Assembly (NCBI GenBank): GCA_963665115.1
Contig: OY762007.1
Coordinates: forward strand, 6,144,001-6,208,000
Source: an uncultured Rivularia sp.
GTDB lineage: Bacteria > Cyanobacteriota > Cyanobacteriia > Cyanobacteriales > Nostocaceae
Direction of reading: 5' to 3'
Length of the DNA stretch: 64,000 bases
A model generated the notes under the pieces. The model was given only the letters and a program-made list of their open reading frames with translations. It had not been told where the DNA came from and ran no database searches. This document shows, piece by piece, positions 10,768 to 22,949 of the stretch. Within the stretch, counting starts at the first letter, position 1, and every line of letters begins with the position of its first letter. The position numbers were made by a program, and so were the translations under genes.

Positions 10768-10835
10768 TTATGTTTGGAAGATTACTTATAAATTCCTATT
10801 TACTGTTGTAATCTACATAAAAAAGATTTGCTTTT

Positions 10836-13800
10836 GTGATGCCAAACCATCTAGATTTATTGTTTAAGGTATTAACCAGTATTGCCAGTCCAATCAAAGG
10901 CAAGTTAGAGCGCAATGAAACGGTAATCAAAATATTAAAACAATTTAATTTGGTTCCAGAGCATCCCCCAACAGATTTTAGTGGAGTTTATATTTATGCT
11001 TTGGTTGAATACGGTGTTGGTAAACCAAAGTGTTTGTTAGAATTTTTTCGTCAAGAGGATATTAAAAAAGCTTTTCGCAAAGCCTTTGACCACTATAATC
11101 CTTCGATTTTACTAGGTGAAGTGGAAGCTTTTGTTGATGCTTACGCTTTGGGGGATGAAATTAAAGAGTTGCAATTAGATGTAATGCGAGAGATAGCAGC
11201 TTTCGCTACGATTTTTATTGAAGTTGCGAAAAATTCTCGTACTACTGCGGAGGTTTTAACTTCTCATCAAATAGCTTCTCTACATCAAAGAATTATTCTC
11301 GTCCAAGAACAATTAGATAGATTACCGACGCTGGAAGGAATTCGCACCGAAATGGCTCGGTTAGCAGCAGAAGAGGACAAGGGGAGTGGGGGAGGGGGAG
11401 AGGGGGAGAATGTATACTCTCAATCTCCTAAATCTTCTACTTCAATTGCATTAGCTCAAGAAATGCGTGGTTGGTTTGAAACTTTGGGTTATCGGCTTGA
11501 ACGTTATGAAGTTTGGCAGAATGACTACTTTGAGTGGATTATCAACATTCCGGTAAGGCGTAACCGATATGACCGCGTTCTTGTACGTGGAATGACTGGG
11601 GAAGTAGGGCTTAAAGATGTGCAAGCTTTGGATTCCAAAGTGTCGGAACAAAAAACCGATGAAGGTTGGTTAGTAACAGATAGACGTATTAGTAAAATTG
11701 CACGGGATGAAATTGAGAAGCAAGAAAACGAACATTTGGAGTGCTTTACTTTTGATGAACTTGTAGCAATTGATGCGGATTTTAGCGGTTATCTTGATTG
11801 GTTAGAAGCAGAAGTTAAACGGCGGGGTATTGATAAAAATTACGTACCTTTGGCTTGTAATAAAGAAGAATTAGACGCGGTAAGCAAGCGTCCGATTGGG
11901 GTTAGTCGTTATACAGAAGAAGATGGTTGGATTGAAGGCTATATTGACCGCTGGTTGGATGATCCAGCTAAGGAACACATTTCAATTTTAGGTGAGTTTG
12001 GTACTGGTAAAACTTGGTTTGCTTTACATTATGCTTGGATAGCACTGCAACGATACAAAGACGCGCAGAGCAGGGGTGTGCAACTTCCTCGTTTACCTTT
12101 GGTGATTCCGTTGCGAGACTATGCCAAAGCGGTAAGCGTTGAGTCGCTGTTTTCCGAGTTTTTCTTTCGTCAATATGAAATTCCCATTCCCGGATATTCA
12201 GCTTTTGAACAACTCAACCGTATGGGTAAATTATTGCTGATATTCGATGGTTTTGATGAGATGGCTGCTCGGATAAACCGTCAGGAGATGATTAATAATT
12301 TTTGGGAATTAGCGAAAGTGGTAGTTCCTGGTGCCAAGGTGATTTTAACTTGTCGCACCGAACATTTTCCCGAAGCACAGGAAGGAAGGGCTTTATTAAA
12401 TGCGGAATTACAAGCTTCCATTGCGAATTTAACGGGAGAGACACCACAATTTGAAGTGTTGGAACTGGAGAAGTTTGACGATAACCAAATCCGTCAGGTG
12501 CTGTCACTGCAAACAGAAACCACGGACTGTTGAACTTGTTATGGGTAATTCCCAACTGCTGGATTTAGCTCGTCGTCCAGTTTTAACCGAATTAATTTTA
12601 GAAGCATTACCAGATATTGCAGCGGGTAAACCTGTGGATATGTCGCGGGTTTATTTGTATGCAGTGCAGCGGAAAATGGAACGGGATATTAAAGCAGAGC
12701 GTACTTTTACTTCCTTAGCAGATAAGATGTATTTCCTTTGTGAATTAGCTTGGGAAATGCTTTCTACCGAACAGATGAGTTTGAATTATCGCTTGTTTCC
12801 CGATAGGATTCGACGGTTATTTGGTTCCGTGGTGCAGGAAGAAAAAGATTTAGACCACTGGCATTATGACATGATGGGGCAGACGATGTTGATTCGTAAT
12901 GCCGACGGTGATTATACTCCAGCCCACCGTTCGCTATTGGAATTTTTTGTTGCATATAAGTTTGCAGCAGAATTGGGAGTTTTAGCGGATGATTTTACTG
13001 AGTTGGTAAAAGCGCAATCTTGTTTGGATGGGAATACTGCACCTGTTGACTATACTTGGTCTGGTTATTTTGAGCGTCAGTTGGATGAGAGTGGGAGTAG
13101 TTTGGCTATAGCTCCACTAGGGAAGTTTATTAGCGAACCGTTGGAGAAATTGAAGGATACTTTTGGGCGTTAAGCGAAGCTCTACCGAAGGTAATCGCCA
13201 TTAACGAAAGCGGTGATGGATTTGATTTTGGGGATGGTTGATTTAGAAAATGGTTGTGAGAAGTTGCTAGAAGTTATTCAAGCTACGAAGGGGAAGAGTG
13301 AAGCTCTTGTTGGTTATGTTGGGGGAAATGCAGCAACTTTGGCTGTGAAGATTGATAATGCGAGTTTGGAAAAGAAGGATTTATCTGCTGCCGTGGTTAA
13401 GGGAGCAGATTTTAGTGACGCGAGTTTGAGCGGTGTTGATTTTGTGGGAGCAAATTTAGGTGAAAGTGTTTTTATTAAAGCTTTAGGGGAGGTTCTATCG
13501 GTAGCATTTAGTCCAGATGGTAAATTGTTAGCTACAGCTAGTGATGATGGTGTGGTTCGGCTGTGGGAAACTATAGGTGGATGCTTGATTATGTCCTTAA
13601 AAGAACATATCAATCTAGTACTTTCAATTGCTTTTAGTCCGGATGGTGCAACTATTGTTACTGGTAGTTATGACAAAACAATTAAAATATGGGACATTAA
13701 AAATCGGCAATGTCTAATAACTTTACAAGCACATAAGAGTGGTGTAAGCTCACTTTCTTTTAGTCCAGATGGTAAGACTATTGCTACTGGTAGTTATGAC

Positions 13801-15340
13801 AAAACAATTAAAATATGGGACATCAAAACTCGGCAATGTCTGATAACTTTACAAGCACATAATAGTAGGGTACGCTCACTTTCTTTTAGCCCAGATGGAA
13901 AAATTATTGCTAGTGGTAGTCACGACAAGACCATAAAATTATGGGATGTTCAAACTGGCAAATGCATCCAAATTTTAAAAGGGCATAAATTTAGAGTTAA
14001 ATCAGTTTCTTTTAGTCGTGATGCTCAGATGCTTGCGAGTAATGGAGAACAAGCAATGAAGTTTTGGAATGTCCAAACTGGTGAATGTCTTCAAACGATA
14101 AAAGCGCACAACATTGAAATATCTTCTGTAAGTTTCAGCCCCCAAAGTCAAATAGTGGCAAGTGTCGGTAATGACTCAAAAGTTAGATTGTGGGATACTT
14201 TGACAGGTGAATGTCTCAACACTTTCCACGGACATAATGTTGAGGTGTTTTCAGTTGCATTTAGTCCTGATGGTCAAAAACTTGCTAGTGGTAGCCGCGA
14301 TCATACAGTAAAGCTATGGAATGTTCAAACTGGTGAATGTCTTAAAACTTTACAAGGATATGATGTTGAGATATTCTCTGTGGCATTTAGTTTCAAAAAT
14401 ACAATACTTGCTAGTGGTGGTCGTGATAAGACAATAAAACTATGGAATGTCCAAAGTGGTGAGTGTTTGAAAACTTTAAAAGGACATACAAAATGGGTAA
14501 GGTCAGTAACGTTTAGTCCCAATGCTAATATACTTGCCAGTTGCAGTCATGACGAAACCGTAAAATTGTGGAATACTGAGACTGGAGAATGTCTCAAAAC
14601 CCTAAAAGGGCATACTAAACGTATTTATCGAGTAAGATTCAGTCCCAATGGTGAGATAATTGCTAGTTGTGGACGTGACCAAACAGTAAAACTGTGGAAT
14701 GTTGAGACTGGTGAATGCTTAAAAACCTTAGAAGGGCATACAAAATGGGTAAGGGTCAGTAGCATTTAGTCCTGATGGAAAATTACTTGCAAGTGGAAGT
14801 AACGACCAAACAATAAAAATTTGGGATTTAGAGACTTGCGAATGCCTTCAAATCTTACAAGGACATACAGATCAGCTACAAGAGATTGCATTTAGTTCTG
14901 ATAGTAAGGTACTTGTCAGTGGAAGTTTTGACCAAGATATAAGACTATGGGAAGTTCAAACTGGAAAATGTCTTAATACTTTGCAAGGACATAATAATAA
15001 TGTAAATTCTGTGGCAATTACTCCTGATGGTAGTACTTTAGCCAGTGCTAGTTCTGACCAAACAATCAAAATTTGGGATATTAACAGCGGTAAATGTCTC
15101 AATACTCTACAGGGACACACTCGTTGGATAAATTCAGTTAACTTCAATGCAAATGGTGAAATACTTGCTAGTGGTAGTGCGGATGAAACTATCAAAATTT
15201 GGGACATCAAAACCGGCAAATGTCTAAAAACATTGAAACGCGATCGCCCTTATGAAAACATGAATATCACCAGCGTTACAGGTTTAACCGAAGTTGAAAA
15301 AAGTACACTCAAAGCATTAGGTGCTGTGGAAGATAATTGA
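10836..15340 (+). pseudogene. NLR-like protein: N-terminal helical domain, REase-like domain, NACHT NTPase, pentapeptide repeat, ~14 WD40 repeats; three lesions
   Basis: Walker A GEFGTGKT, Walker B LLIFDGFDE, ILTCR; +1 lesions near 12523 and 14752; 24-nt insert with stop at 13170-13193. Confidence 0.9.
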
Positions 15341-15437
15341 AACTGAAATTATTATTAGTTTTTATGTACTACTTTGTGATATTATTCAGTTAATCTATTC
15401 AATTTCCGTGCCAAGCATTAAAACTGGAGAAGGTTTT

Positions 15438-15692
15438 ATGTCAAATCATACTGGCAGTTATATGCTCAACGATATTATTCAACTGTTGAATAATGAAGAA
15501 GTTTTAAATACTATTGGACTGCAAAAATCTCAGCAAGTGATTACCCAAATCGTTAAAATTGCATCTAGAGAATATGATTGTAACCCTGGGGAAATTCTAG
15601 AAGGTCATACGGATTATCTGAATCTTTGCTACTGTTGTCTTTCTATTACGACCAATCTCGATAATGGTTTGTGCCATTCCTGTCGAAGTTAG
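15438..15692 (+). CDS. Small Cys-rich hypothetical protein
   Basis: MSNHTGSY...LCYCC...GLCHSC; GGAG RBS upstream. Confidence 0.6.
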   Translation: MSNHTGSYMLNDIIQLLNNEEVLNTIGLQKSQQVITQIVKIASREYDCNPGEILEGHTDYLNLCYCCLSITTNLDNGLCHSCRS

Positions 15693-15921
15693 CGATTATC
15701 TCAACCCCATACCCGACGCAAATTCAAGACGAAACCTGGTAACACTTTATCACCGGATAGCGAATCGGGATTTTCTAATACTTCCACAGCAGAACCTGGT
15801 CGATAAATTTCTAATTAACACATTCTATCGCCCCAGAAGCCGATTAAAATACTCAACCCGTTTTAGCTATTAGTATATTTGTATTGTAATATTGATAAGG
15901 TGAAGCCTCTATCATTCATCT

Positions 15922-16434
15922 ATGCTGGAATTAACTAAAATCCAAACGATAGCCGAATCATATTCTCCTCAAGAACTATTTGCTGCGTTGGTTTGGCAGC
16001 GTCAATTCAATAATTTTGATGGGGAACAAGTTATTACTGACTTATTACAGCATAATAATTTATGGGAAAGCTTTTTATTTACCAAACCGATTTTTGCCCC
16101 AGACGAAAATGGTTTGAGTTTTGGTGGTGTTATTGATACTCTTGCTGCAATGGCTAACTATCGTCCGATGCCAGAAACCAGTATGATCCATTTCGTGGCT
16201 TATCCCGCAGATACCTTATATGTTTTGAGTGAAAATCAGGACTCCAAAGTATCTCAACTTGTAGATTTGGGTAAAAAGTGGCAAGCAGATTGCGTAGAAG
16301 TAACCGATGGTACTGATACGCAATACACTTATCGACTCAAGCGTATGCTGAGATATCGATTTGAAGAAGCGTTATGGGGAAATGAGAATAAGGAACAGCG
16401 GGATGCGGTTGTTGTTTCTTATTGGTGGGATTAA
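15922..16434 (+). CDS. Hypothetical protein
   Basis: 170-aa ORF ending YWWD. Confidence 0.7.
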   Translation: MLELTKIQTIAESYSPQELFAALVWQRQFNNFDGEQVITDLLQHNNLWESFLFTKPIFAPDENGLSFGGVIDTLAAMANYRPMPETSMIHFVAYPADTLYVLSENQDSKVSQLVDLGKKWQADCVEVTDGTDTQYTYRLKRMLRYRFEEALWGNENKEQRDAVVVSYWWD

Positions 16435-16591
16435 ATTTTAAAAGACTGTGTATATTGGAAAGTAAAAAATTCAGAGTTACACATCAAGCAGTAGCACAAA
16501 AAAGCTCAAAATATCTTCCACCATTTTTCCATCTCGGAATACATCTAACCTTTAAAATTAAATTAAAAAGGATTAATTTTGGAAGGGTGCT

Positions 16592-17716
16592 ATGAGCGAA
16601 TACCAATCAGACCGAATTCTTAGCATTAGAGAAACCGCTAACTGCTACAGAAAAGCGATTCATTGAAAGTCTTTCTAGTAGAGTACAAATAACATCTAAC
16701 CAAGCAATATTTGTTTATAATTACGGAGATTTTCGTGGTAATCCCCAAGAAGTTTTAGATAAATGCTTCGATATGATGCTGTATATGGCTAATTGGGGTT
16801 CTCGTCAATTAATGTTTCGTTTTCCCAAATCTTTAATTAATTTGGCAGTATTACAATCTTATTGTGTAGAAGATTTTATTACAGTTTCAACAAAGCACGA
16901 TTCTGTAATTTTAGACATAAATATTAGTGAAGAAGATGGTGGTGGTTGGATAGAAACTGGTGAAGGTTATTCCAGACGGCATGGTATCGCTACGAGAAAA
17001 AGTATTGCAAGATGATTATCGGTGTTTATATCTTGCTTGGCTAAAAGCTGCAACAATTTATTTTGGCTTTGAAGAAGAAGATTTACTTGAACCTCCCGTA
17101 CCTCCCAATTTAAGTAATTTATCAGCTTCACTTTCATCTTTCCCAACCGTTTTTTTAGATTGATGAAGACTTGGTTTCAGTTGCAACTTCAGGTAGTGAT
17201 TTCCAGGGAGAGGAAGAAGAACATTTAGAGGATTTGATAACAGAATTGAGCGAACAAGAAAGAAATGATTTATTAATTCGACTTCTTAAAGGTGAATCGC
17301 ATCTCGCCCTACAATTAACTCATAGACTACGGGAATTATCTGGTAAAAATTCAATAAATATTGACAGTAATACAAACAGACGTACTTTGTCCCAATTATT
17401 AAGATTGGCAGAAGAAAAAAACAATCAACGACTTGAAGAAGAAAGAGAATTAGAACGTCAAGCCAGAATAGAAAAATTAGAAGTATTAGCAAAGAAAAAA
17501 GATAAAGTTTGGGAGCAAGTATTTGAAGCGATTGCACTCAAACAAGCCAAACCATTAGACCAAGCTGTTGCTAGTTTGATTGATTTACGGGACTTGGCTG
17601 AGTACCAAGGAAAGTTAGAAGAGTTTCAAGCTAGTATAAATCAAATACAAAAAGATTATAGTAAATGTCCTAGTTTAATATCGCGATTAAAGAAAGCGAG
17701 GTTGTTAAATAAGTAG
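16592..17716 (+). pseudogene. Conserved hypothetical protein (MSEYQ..EF..LSSR..YNYGDF family), multiple frameshifts
   Basis: Pieces 16592-, 16773-17015, 16960-17163 and 17171-17716 join into one protein. Confidence 0.75.
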
Positions 17717-17765
17717 AAATATTTACACGCCTATTTTTTGATTGAAATATAATTAGAAGTAATGT

Positions 17766-18031
17766 TTACTCGTTGCGTTTGAAAGCTCTTGTTTTTAATA
17801 AAATCATCATATGTTCTAACTGTTCGTAAACATCGGTTCTTCAGCTAATTCCATTGAATTAAGCGTAGTGGAGCGGTTTCTTTCTAATAATTCCTCTAAC
17901 CTCGACTGAGCTTGAGGTGAAACTTTAAAAGCAATTATTTCTTCTGGTGTTGGGCGCTTGATTAATAAATCAAGAACTTCTTGATAAACTATGGGGATAT
18001 CTGTAGGCTCAGTTTGAACTGTCTTACTCAT
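17766..18031 (-). pseudogene. Small hypothetical protein (RPTPEEI..F...QSRLEELLERN), frameshifted
   Basis: C-terminus DVYEQLEHMMILLK lies in another frame after about 17835. Confidence 0.6.
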
Positions 18032-18386
18032 GTTTTTCGGTACATTTGCAACATCTAACAATTGCCTGTCTTCAATTCGGGTAAACGATTTTGCGCCATG
18101 TTCCAGACCTGTTCGCATGTTCCGTACTAAATTTGAATTGTTAATTCTGCCATTGCATGGGGTTTTGTCCTGTCAGCTTATCTCAACTATGCTAATTATA
18201 GCTTTAGCTTTTATGCAGGGCGCTATGTGAAGTCAATCCGGCTCCCGGAACTCCATCAAAGCGCATTGCGTTAAATTATTCTTCTATAATTCACTTTTTA
18301 ATAAGACAAACTATTCTTAAGAAGAACAGATAGTTTTAGCAATGTTAGTATTAAAAGTAATAAAAACAAGCAATATCTAACAACCA

Positions 18387-18875
18387 ATGGCAACGCAAAA
18401 AGTCACGGTTGAACTCCCACAAGCTATTTTTCAACAATTGGCTCGTATTGCCTCGGCAACTCAGCAGCCTTTGGAAGTCTTGGTAGCTCAAAGCATCATC
18501 AGTAACTTACCTCCTACACCCGACAATGCACCATTAGAAATTCAGGAAGAACTTCTGCAAATGCAAATTTGGGATGATGAGGAATTATTGGCGATTACCT
18601 CCGGTAGAGCTATCTCTTTCAGAGACGCTGAGCCGCACGCTTTCGCGTGAACGCGAACGCTTAACGCCAAGAGTCAAATTACATCCGAACAGCAAAAACG
18701 TCACGTAGAATTATTAGAGAAAAATAGCGGTAACGAAGAGCTAAACAAGAGCGAACGTCAAGAACTTAGTGAGTTAAGAATAAAAGCAGACCGTTTAATG
18801 TTACAAAAAGCTTATGCTTGGTCAGTTCTTCGCTGGCGAGGACACAAACCAAATTTAAATGAAATGCCCCTCTAG
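18387..18875 (+). pseudogene. Hypothetical protein interrupted by a 69-nt nested insert in a HIP1 site
   Basis: Deleting 18596-18664 restores GCGATCGC and an ORF ...LLAIAKSQ...KAYAWSVLRWRGH. Confidence 0.85.
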
Positions 18876-18939
18876 TTCCATTCTATTATTAAGTAAATTG
18901 CTATAAGAGTGTTTATTTTTATAAATTATTTACTCTTCA

Positions 18940-19329
18940 AAATTAAAGCATTAATTTTTTCATTATCAATATTTATTCCATTACGTTCTAAATATGGACG
19001 CAAATTAATTTGAATAAATAAATCTTTTAATTCTGAGCGCAATTTCTTCAGGAGGATTTCCTGATAAAGCTGTTGCTATTAAACGTTCTGCTGCTTTGAA
19101 TTCTCCACAATCTACCGCGCCTTGTTGCCGCGCTGCGATGTAAAATTGAACGGCTCGGTTCTGCATCTAATTGGTGAGCAATTAATTCTGCGGCTGCTTG
19201 CTCGTTTTCAAATGCTTCTCGAATCAGTTGCGAGGCTTGTTCTAAGTTACCTCGAAGCTTTGCACTAAAAGCTGCTTCCGCCAAATCCATTGCTGTGGTA
19301 TGTTTTTCTTGAATTTGACTCATTTGCAT
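18940..19329 (-). pseudogene. Hypothetical TPR-like protein, frameshifted
   Basis: MSQIQEKHTTAMDLAE...HRSAAT, then AVDCGEFKAAERLIATALSGNPPEEI in another frame. Confidence 0.65.
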
Positions 19330-19407
19330 TCTACATAAGATAGGGGTGTGCTGAATTCTACAACGATAATGTATGCCGGAAATTGACCATCAGAAACTTT
19401 GGTTTGT
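19319..19407 (-). pseudogene. Orphan 3' exon: C-terminus of the intron's host gene
   Basis: QTKVSDGQFPAYIIVVEFSTPLSYVECK* directly after the intron 3' end. Confidence 0.65.
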
Positions 19408-22033
19408 GTCGGGTAAGGTAGGATATGTTGCCATATCCCCCTCCCCTAAGAACCGGACTTGAGACTTTCACACTCATCCGGCTCAAGCATACCGACTACT
19501 GGGACTTGTAGTGCAAGTCACGATGCTTAGATTTGTGGCAATTTTTATGTAGAATAACGAGATTCTTTTCATGGTTATTGCCTCCATCTTTTATGGGTAG
19601 GATATGGTGTACTTCGTAAAGGTCATCGGCAAGGATGTGTTCACCACATACTGGACAAACACCTTTTTGTCGTTTATAGACCCCTTTCGTATTTACTACC
19701 TTCAGCGAACCTAGTTTTTCCGGAACTAGTATTTCGTTTTTCCCAGTATTTCGCAAGATTAGGGTCAAGTGGACTATTTCTGTCTTTAACCTTAGTGTGG
19801 CGTATTATTGGGATATCCTTGGCTATGTTAACAAGATGCAGTTTGGTTTGTTTGCCTGTCCGGTCAGTTACACTGGCGTAAGGCACCCACTGGTCTTTGT
19901 TAACAGTCGTGTAATACTTAGCTTTTATCCATTTTGTCGATTTCTGGGGATGTTTTCTCTTTAACATTCTAAAGATAGCCAGGAATATTTCACTTCTAAT
20001 CTTGTCAAATGTTTTCCTCGAAACTACAAATCTGTAGTACATTCCCCATCCTCGAATCTTGGTGTTCAGAGTCCTTATTAAGTTTTCCCAACTCGTTGTC
20101 GAGCCGTTTTTCTTTATATAAGTTCTAATTTCCCGGAGAAATTCAGTAACCTCCTGTTTACCAGGTTTAATAATGGAACTGTAGACAATTTCATTATCTT
20201 CTTTGGCGTTAGGAGTGCTTTTTCGTTTGGCGTTAGGTTTCAGGTTTAACTCCATTTTCCTAGCCTCACGTTTGTAGCGGTTACTGTTCCTACGAAGTGT
20301 TTTGCCTTTAAATTGCCTAACATTAAACCCTAGAAAGGAAAAGCCTTCTTTTTGGATGTTTCGGATTTTTGTCTTCTCGCTGTTAAACTCTAGACCGTGT
20401 AATCCTAGCCACTTTTCGATTATGGAGAGAATTTCTTCTAACCATTCTTTTCGAGGGGAAAGAACTACAAAATCATCCGCATATCGTATAAAATCGAACT
20501 TTTCGACTTGTCTTTTCTTGGTAACTTTCTTGCCTCCATTAACTGACAAGTATTTTATTTCTCCTTTGTAGGAGGCTAGTAAATCTTGCAAGCCATTGAG
20601 GGCAATATTTGCCAAGAGCGGGCTAATTATGCCACCTTGCGGCGTTCCAGCCTTTGTGTCATGGAAGGTGAAGTCTTCCATGTACCCGGCTTTTAACCAT
20701 CGCAAAATAACATTTCTGTTAGGTAATCCAGATATCTTGTCCATAACAAATTGATGGGATATGTTATCAAAAGCACCTTTTATATCCGCATCTAACACCC
20801 ACTTATTTGTGCTGCCCTTACGGGTGTGTACAAAGATATCTTGTATGGCATCATGGCAGCTTCTTCCAGGACGAAAACCATAGCTGGATGCCTCAAACGT
20901 CGTCTCGAACACAGGTTCATATGCGAGCAACATAATTGCTTGTGCTATCCTATCAACTATAGAAGGGATTCCCAAGGGACGCTTTTTGCCATTAGATTTA
21001 GGTATATATGCACGTTTTGTTGGTATTGCCTCAACCATCCCCCAGTTCCATTTCTTAGTTAGGGTATTTCTTTTTGCGTTTGTAGTGGCTTTATAGCCAT
21101 CTACACCTGCTGTTTTCTTACCTTGATTAAGATATGTAACTTTGCGGATGGCGAGAAGGAGAGCGTTAAAGCTTTTCAAAAGTAGCTTCATTAGGCTTCT
21201 TACTGTATTCCAACTGCCTATACCCGTTCGAGCATCGTTTGTAGCCTTAAATATTCTTTGCCGTAACTTTCGTACCTGTGTGTTAACAACTTTCCAGTCG
21301 ATATCACACCAGTCGATTGCTCCGATACTATTTCTAGTTCTATCTTTCACGTTCGTAATTACTACAATTATGGTTTTAGGAATATTATTGGTACACCTTC
21401 TAGAAGTGGGCAGTCTTTCGACTTAGTTCACTTGGAACCTATACGCTCAGTTATGTCCGTGGATTTTTCTGTTATCTTTCGACGTAGAGTCATTAGCTTT
21501 TTCTAGAATCCTTTATCCCGTTATCTCTCGGCTTTCCTTGCGGATTGCTTTGCTATAGAATCGACCTTCACATAGCAGATAAATCATCAGGACTTACCGT
21601 GTTCATCAAAACGAAGTTTTACGATAGACGTTAGATTCAACCCATACCCCGGAGACCTTATAATTCGTCAGATAAGCGAAAAAGACGCGCTTATCCTTGG
21701 TACTCGTTACCTTTTGGTTACGGTGCATCGTCCAGTTTTCACCGTTCAACAATAACGAGGCGGCAGTTGTTCACTTTCGTTAATCATTGTCTATCTCCCC
21801 ACAAGCTCCCTTGGCAATCTGGATTTGTTTCGGGCTACCGTTCCATCTCTGGACTTTATCGAGAATCTGCACTCAGGTTCGGATTACTCCTACACCCCTG
21901 ATCTCGGTGGGCTGGGGGACGAATTCCCCAGGAAACCATTGCAGGTTTCGGTTCGTTCAGACGCTTTACACGTTGCACTCCTTTTCTGTTTTATTCTAGC
22001 TTTGACACGACTTGAATCACCATGCATCGTATA
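19408..22033 (-). mobile_element. Group II intron (5' end approximate)
   Basis: Domain V GAGCCGGATGAGTGTGAAAGTCTCAAGTCCGGTTC and domain VI ending ...CCCGAC at 19408; ~680 nt of structured sequence upstream of the ORF. Confidence 0.9.
19496..21350 (-). CDS. ltrA: Group II intron RT/maturase with C-terminal HNH; +1 frameshift at 19681-19684
   Basis: RPLGIP, SYGFRPGRS, GTPQGG.ISP, RYADDF; CPVC...HHILP..GG....NL.ILH..CH in the next frame. Confidence 0.92.
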
Positions 22034-22255
22034 CTTTTAATACAGCAGCCTTAGAAACACCAATTCCGACCCCAGACGGAAGAACAAAGATGCTTGATGC
22101 AAAGGATGTAGCCTGCGTTAGTTGGAACTAGTCCTAAAATGATTTACGAGCATTATCCCTGAGCAAGTAAGGAATTGTTTGTTCCAGGATTTTAGATTGC
22201 TCAAAGACAGTTAAAGAAATCAAGAGCATTCTTAAATTAAATTTTGAAGTGAAAT

Positions 22256-22891
22256 ATGACAACCAATGTAGCCATTGCAGAGAACATAACCACCCTCACT
22301 CAAGTAGAGGAAAAACTGGGGTTAAAACTTAGTGACGAACGCCAGTTTTTTAACGAATGGATTGCTGCAAAACCTCAATTAAGTGAAGCAGAAGAAATAA
22401 GATTAGAACAAGTTCGACAAAATTATCTTTATCAAATTTCGGATGGAAGTCTTTTAGAAGAAACTGTCAAAATGGTGGTGCTTTCACCGTTACTCGAACT
22501 TGCAGGTTTCTATCAGTCACCTTATAGGTTTAAAACCGAAGTATCTGTGGAAATTGAAGCATTAGGAGATAAGGAAGAAATTCTACGAGGACGTATTGAT
22601 GCTTTAGTTATACAAGGTAAACTGTGGATTGTACTAATAGAATCGAAGAAGACGACTTTTGATTTGGAGTTAGCACTTCCTCAGACACTAGCTTATATGG
22701 CGGCTCATCCAAAACCAGAACAACGTCTTTACGGAATGATAACCAATGGTAGCAGCCATTTGTTTGTTAAAACTTTCGGTAAACAGTATGGTGTTTCCGA
22801 TTTGTTTTCAACTAGGTCGCAGTATCGAAATGATCTGAACGAAGTTTTAAAAATACTCAAATACTTAGGGAGAATTATTACAGCATCTTAG
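22256..22891 (+). CDS. Type I restriction enzyme R N-terminal-like (PD-(D/E)XK) protein
   Basis: LLEETVK..VLSPLL.LAGF, GRIDALV...IESK, ALPQTLAYM, GMITNG. Confidence 0.8.
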   Translation: MTTNVAIAENITTLTQVEEKLGLKLSDERQFFNEWIAAKPQLSEAEEIRLEQVRQNYLYQISDGSLLEETVKMVVLSPLLELAGFYQSPYRFKTEVSVEIEALGDKEEILRGRIDALVIQGKLWIVLIESKKTTFDLELALPQTLAYMAAHPKPEQRLYGMITNGSSHLFVKTFGKQYGVSDLFSTRSQYRNDLNEVLKILKYLGRIITAS

Positions 22892-22949
22892 AAAAGAGTA
22901 AGATGATATGTCGGTTAGAAATTCAACTGTTTTGGAACAATTTCAAGTG

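Noticed and set aside
19674..21350. RT as a retron, DGR or defence RT partnering the ATPase-HNH pair
   Set aside because: It has maturase and HNH domains plus intron domains V/VI, and lies about 19 kb away
21787..22040. Two 70-aa plus-strand ORFs
   Set aside because: Antisense to intron domain I
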